DNA of 64,000 bases. It comes from Haliotis rufescens. Taxonomy: Eukaryota. The translations under genes and the position numbers were made by a program. The notes below the pieces were generated by a model that made no database searches, was not told the origin of the DNA, and worked only from the letters and a program-made list of their open reading frames with translations. Shown piece after piece: positions 61,247 to 64,000 of this stretch. The first letter of the stretch is position 1; every line of letters starts with the position of its first letter. The stretch covers positions 186,001 to 250,000 of the forward strand of contig NW_025964386.1 of assembly GCF_023055435.1 (NCBI RefSeq). Reading direction: 5' to 3'.

Positions 61247-62954
61247 CATATATATATGTCAGGAATATTCTTACTTTGTGTATACTATTTTCAAAGTTGT
61301 ATATTTATATACAGGCTGGATTTGAACGTTGATCGAGAATCATACAATATTACTTTTTTCGTAGAGTGACAACACCCCGCTAACTGTAGACACTACCGTG
61401 GTGGGGTCCAGTCGATACCAAGTTGTGGGGGCGTATAACCTCACCATCTCGGGAGTCACCACAGCGGATGAGGGGGGCTACGTCTGTGACGCAGGGACGT
61501 TGACGAAGACGGCATACCTCAGCGTTGTCGGTGAGTTGTATCAGCTGAATGCATGTTTCTATACGAAAACATTGTAGTAGTAGTAGTAGTAGTAGCCGGT
61601 TTAGTTGTCCTTGGTCTAGTGGGTAGAGCGTCTGCCCGGAAAGCGGAAGTCGGTGGTTCGATACCAGCCGCGTCATACCAGAAGGCGATAAAACAATGGT
61701 ACATGTATTTTCCCTGCCTGACGCTCGGCATTTAAGTGAGTGAGTTGGGTTTAACGCCGCTTTTAACATTATTCCAGTTATATCACGGCGTGTCAGCTTT
61801 ATGTGGGAGGAAAGCCCGAAGTGATGCAGGTCTCAGACGTTTACCACTTCGGTGAAACCCACGAGCACGGGTATGGTGCTGACAAACCTAGAAACATAAT
61901 CGGGGCGAACCGGGATTCGAACCCACAATCATAGGTTTCTGGCGTGCCCAAGGGACGCAACTCTCCACAGTGAATCGCGGCGCCTTAGACGACTGGGCCA
62001 CCCGTGCCCCCCTCGGCATTTAAGGGATAAAACAAGGACCGGTCGGTTATGGGGAAATATACTCTGTCTGAGTTGTGGCTGCCATGTTGAACTGCAGCGT
62101 GTTCCAGAAGATTAGCACTATAAAACCGGCATTAGTTCGGAGGAGTACACATTTCTGGTGTCCCCCGCCGTGATATTGCTGGAATATTGCTAAAAGCGGC
62201 GTAAAACTATACTCAGTCAGTCGGAGTAGTACAAGCAGTCACACACATACGTGCATGCACGTCGCTATATAAGTGAAATAATCTTGATCGCCACGTTGAA
62301 CCCCGCACCTCACCTATTTGACACAACTAATGAAGCATATGTATCGATGTAACTATCTTGTAAGGAACGCATACATCAATTTTTCAAATAGACGAATCAC
62401 CGAGTTTGTCACATCATATAACCACAGCCAATAAAGTTATTTACCCGTGAAGATCCAAGTAAGAATTGGTCCTCAGCAACCCATGCTTGTCGTACACTAG
62501 AGGCGAAAATTGGGATCGGGTAGTCAGACTCGCTGACTTGGTACATGCTTGTCATCGTATCCCTATTGCGTGGAACGATGCTGATGATGTCAATCACTGG
62601 ACTTCCTGGTCCAGACTCCATTATTTACAGACCGCCGTCGTGTAGCTGGAATATTGCTGAGTGCGGCGTAAACAACAAAAAACAATATTAAATTATTAGT
62701 TTCCAGGCACTGCACCGTGATCTGCCTCTGTGACAATTGGAATGGCATAATCAGAACAATACTCATAGACTTCCTCTTTCTTACAGATCTACCAACTAAT
62801 GTGAGCTTGTACTGGAGCAGCCCTCCCATCCCTGGGCTGCTGGCTAACCTGACATGTAAGGCGGCGCACGCCAACCCTGCGCCTAACTTCGCCTGGTATA
62901 AGGACGACCTCCTGTACGGCGCCACGCCCGTGTACTACACATCGGGAACATCAG
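58731..62954 (+). CDS. Immunoglobulin-superfamily protein, paralog of the 48350-55567 gene (5' partial model; continues past the window)
   Basis: Exons 58731-58776, 60296-60417, 61365-61530, 62787-62954 in frame with GT-AG: MIALSGIIVGLAIVHSSMA, ATLACIV..VKWKK, YNLTISGVTTADEGGYVCDAG, NLTCKAAHANPAPNFAWYKD. Intron positions and phases match the minus-strand gene. Confidence 0.88.
59480..60175. repeat. 32-bp minisatellite (two related 16-mers) in intron 1 of the + strand Ig gene
   Basis: Unit CAAGTTGCCCTGTTAC-CAGGTTGCCCTTGTAA, about 20 copies. Confidence 0.95.
61195..61256. repeat. (CA)n microsatellite; other simple repeats are (TAG)n 61574-61594, (GT)n/poly-G 38728-38765, poly-C/(AAC)n 39884-39977, (TCTG)n 56030-56068
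   Basis: Directly visible. Confidence 0.9.
61737..62011 (-). mobile_element. SINE family C, full length, nested in a family D SINE
   Basis: 13-bp TSD CTCGGCATTTAAG at 61724-61736 and 62012-62024. Confidence 0.92.
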
Positions 62955-64000
62955 GTAATGGAATTACCCTTGGATGAAGTCATCAGGCGCATTCCAAAGG
63001 CTGATTATCTTACAAAGAGGCTTAGATTCTTTTATTGCCAGTTTTTGTTTCGAAATGGTAGTTATAACACCGGTGTGCCATTGTGACGTATTTAGATCAG
63101 GTGTTACTTTAGGTCCTCCAGTTTTTGGGTATCGGTCGATGGCTTTCTTTAACTACCATGAATCACGACCATCTTTTTCGGACTGTACAAGACCATCTGA
63201 AAAGTCCCATACACCCGCTTTGTACATATTTAAGTCATAACAGTTTACGTTATACGTTTATCTAGCTATAGGTTAAGTGAGTGAGTGAGTTAAAATTTAA
63301 CGTCGCATCGGTATTATGTAAGCTATATAGCGACATCTAGCTATGGTTAGTACTGACATCATGCAGGGGTAGTTTTATATTACATGTATTTCCGATGTCT
63401 TCATAATCTACAAGTACGTGCAACTTTAGTGCCGTTTGAATGTTACAAAAAATGCTCAAAAGAAGTTAAAGAACACCCGATTTGTTTCAAAAGACAACAG
63501 TTACTTTTTCATGGCTGGTGGATATTGCAAAATACAACCTTCAAAATTGTGGGTGTTGCTTAACTTGTTTTGAATGTACCTGTAGCTCTTGGTAGTCTTG
63601 CACTCTCTCTTAACCGGCAGTTCAATGTAAAGTGCAAGACCTTCTTATGATAGAGTGACCCTCGTCCACGAACGTTGTTAGCTCGATATATCGTTTGAAA
63701 CGATGTATCTGTATGGCCCTATACAAACATTATCGGTGATAATGTAAAATATGACCTCTCGGGTCTTGAACTTCGGCTTACTCGATATCGGTGTCCCTAG
63801 AACTCCTTTTTTATCGTAGGTTTATTGCATTTAGGGGTGGTGAGGTAACTACACTACCGGGCAAAAGAAAATATACACTTGAAAATTGGATTTGACCAAA
63901 ACATTACAAACGTTGTCAAAACGTTACTTCACTGAAACAATGAAACGTCGCCGAAACAGTGCAAACTTTAAGTCCAAAAACTATGAAACCCAAAAGCCAT

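Overview
Eukaryotic genomic DNA, about 64 kb, AT-rich and dense in introns and repeats. The repeat content suggests a mollusc, probably a gastropod (inference). Five spliced genes were rebuilt by hand. RNF220 (3' part, + strand, 558-7793) has a textbook U12 minor intron and a probable GC-AG intron. SARAF/TMEM66 (-, 37543-30125) and NDUFA11 (+, 40433-43331) are complete. A head-to-head pair of diverged paralogous Ig-domain surface-protein genes follows: a complete two-Ig gene with a GPI-type tail (-, 55567-48350) and a partial gene running off the window (+, from 58731). Between the convergent RNF220 and SARAF genes lies a ~12 kb G-rich 39-bp minisatellite with a 2533-bp higher-order repeat. 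Read on the minus strand, its monomer (PPDQPPTANNQAP) looks like an internally deleted copy of a segment of SARAF exon 6 (PRPDQPPPYSRNDNNQAPPP), so it may be a satellite born from a neighbouring coding exon. Two more minisatellites (40 bp and 32 bp) sit in the Ig-gene pair. The rest is short retroposons, palindromic MITEs and LINE remnants. The retroposons comprise at least four families with a shared 3' tail, and one of them has a structured non-tRNA head. The long ORFs in the ORF track over the arrays are repeat artefacts.
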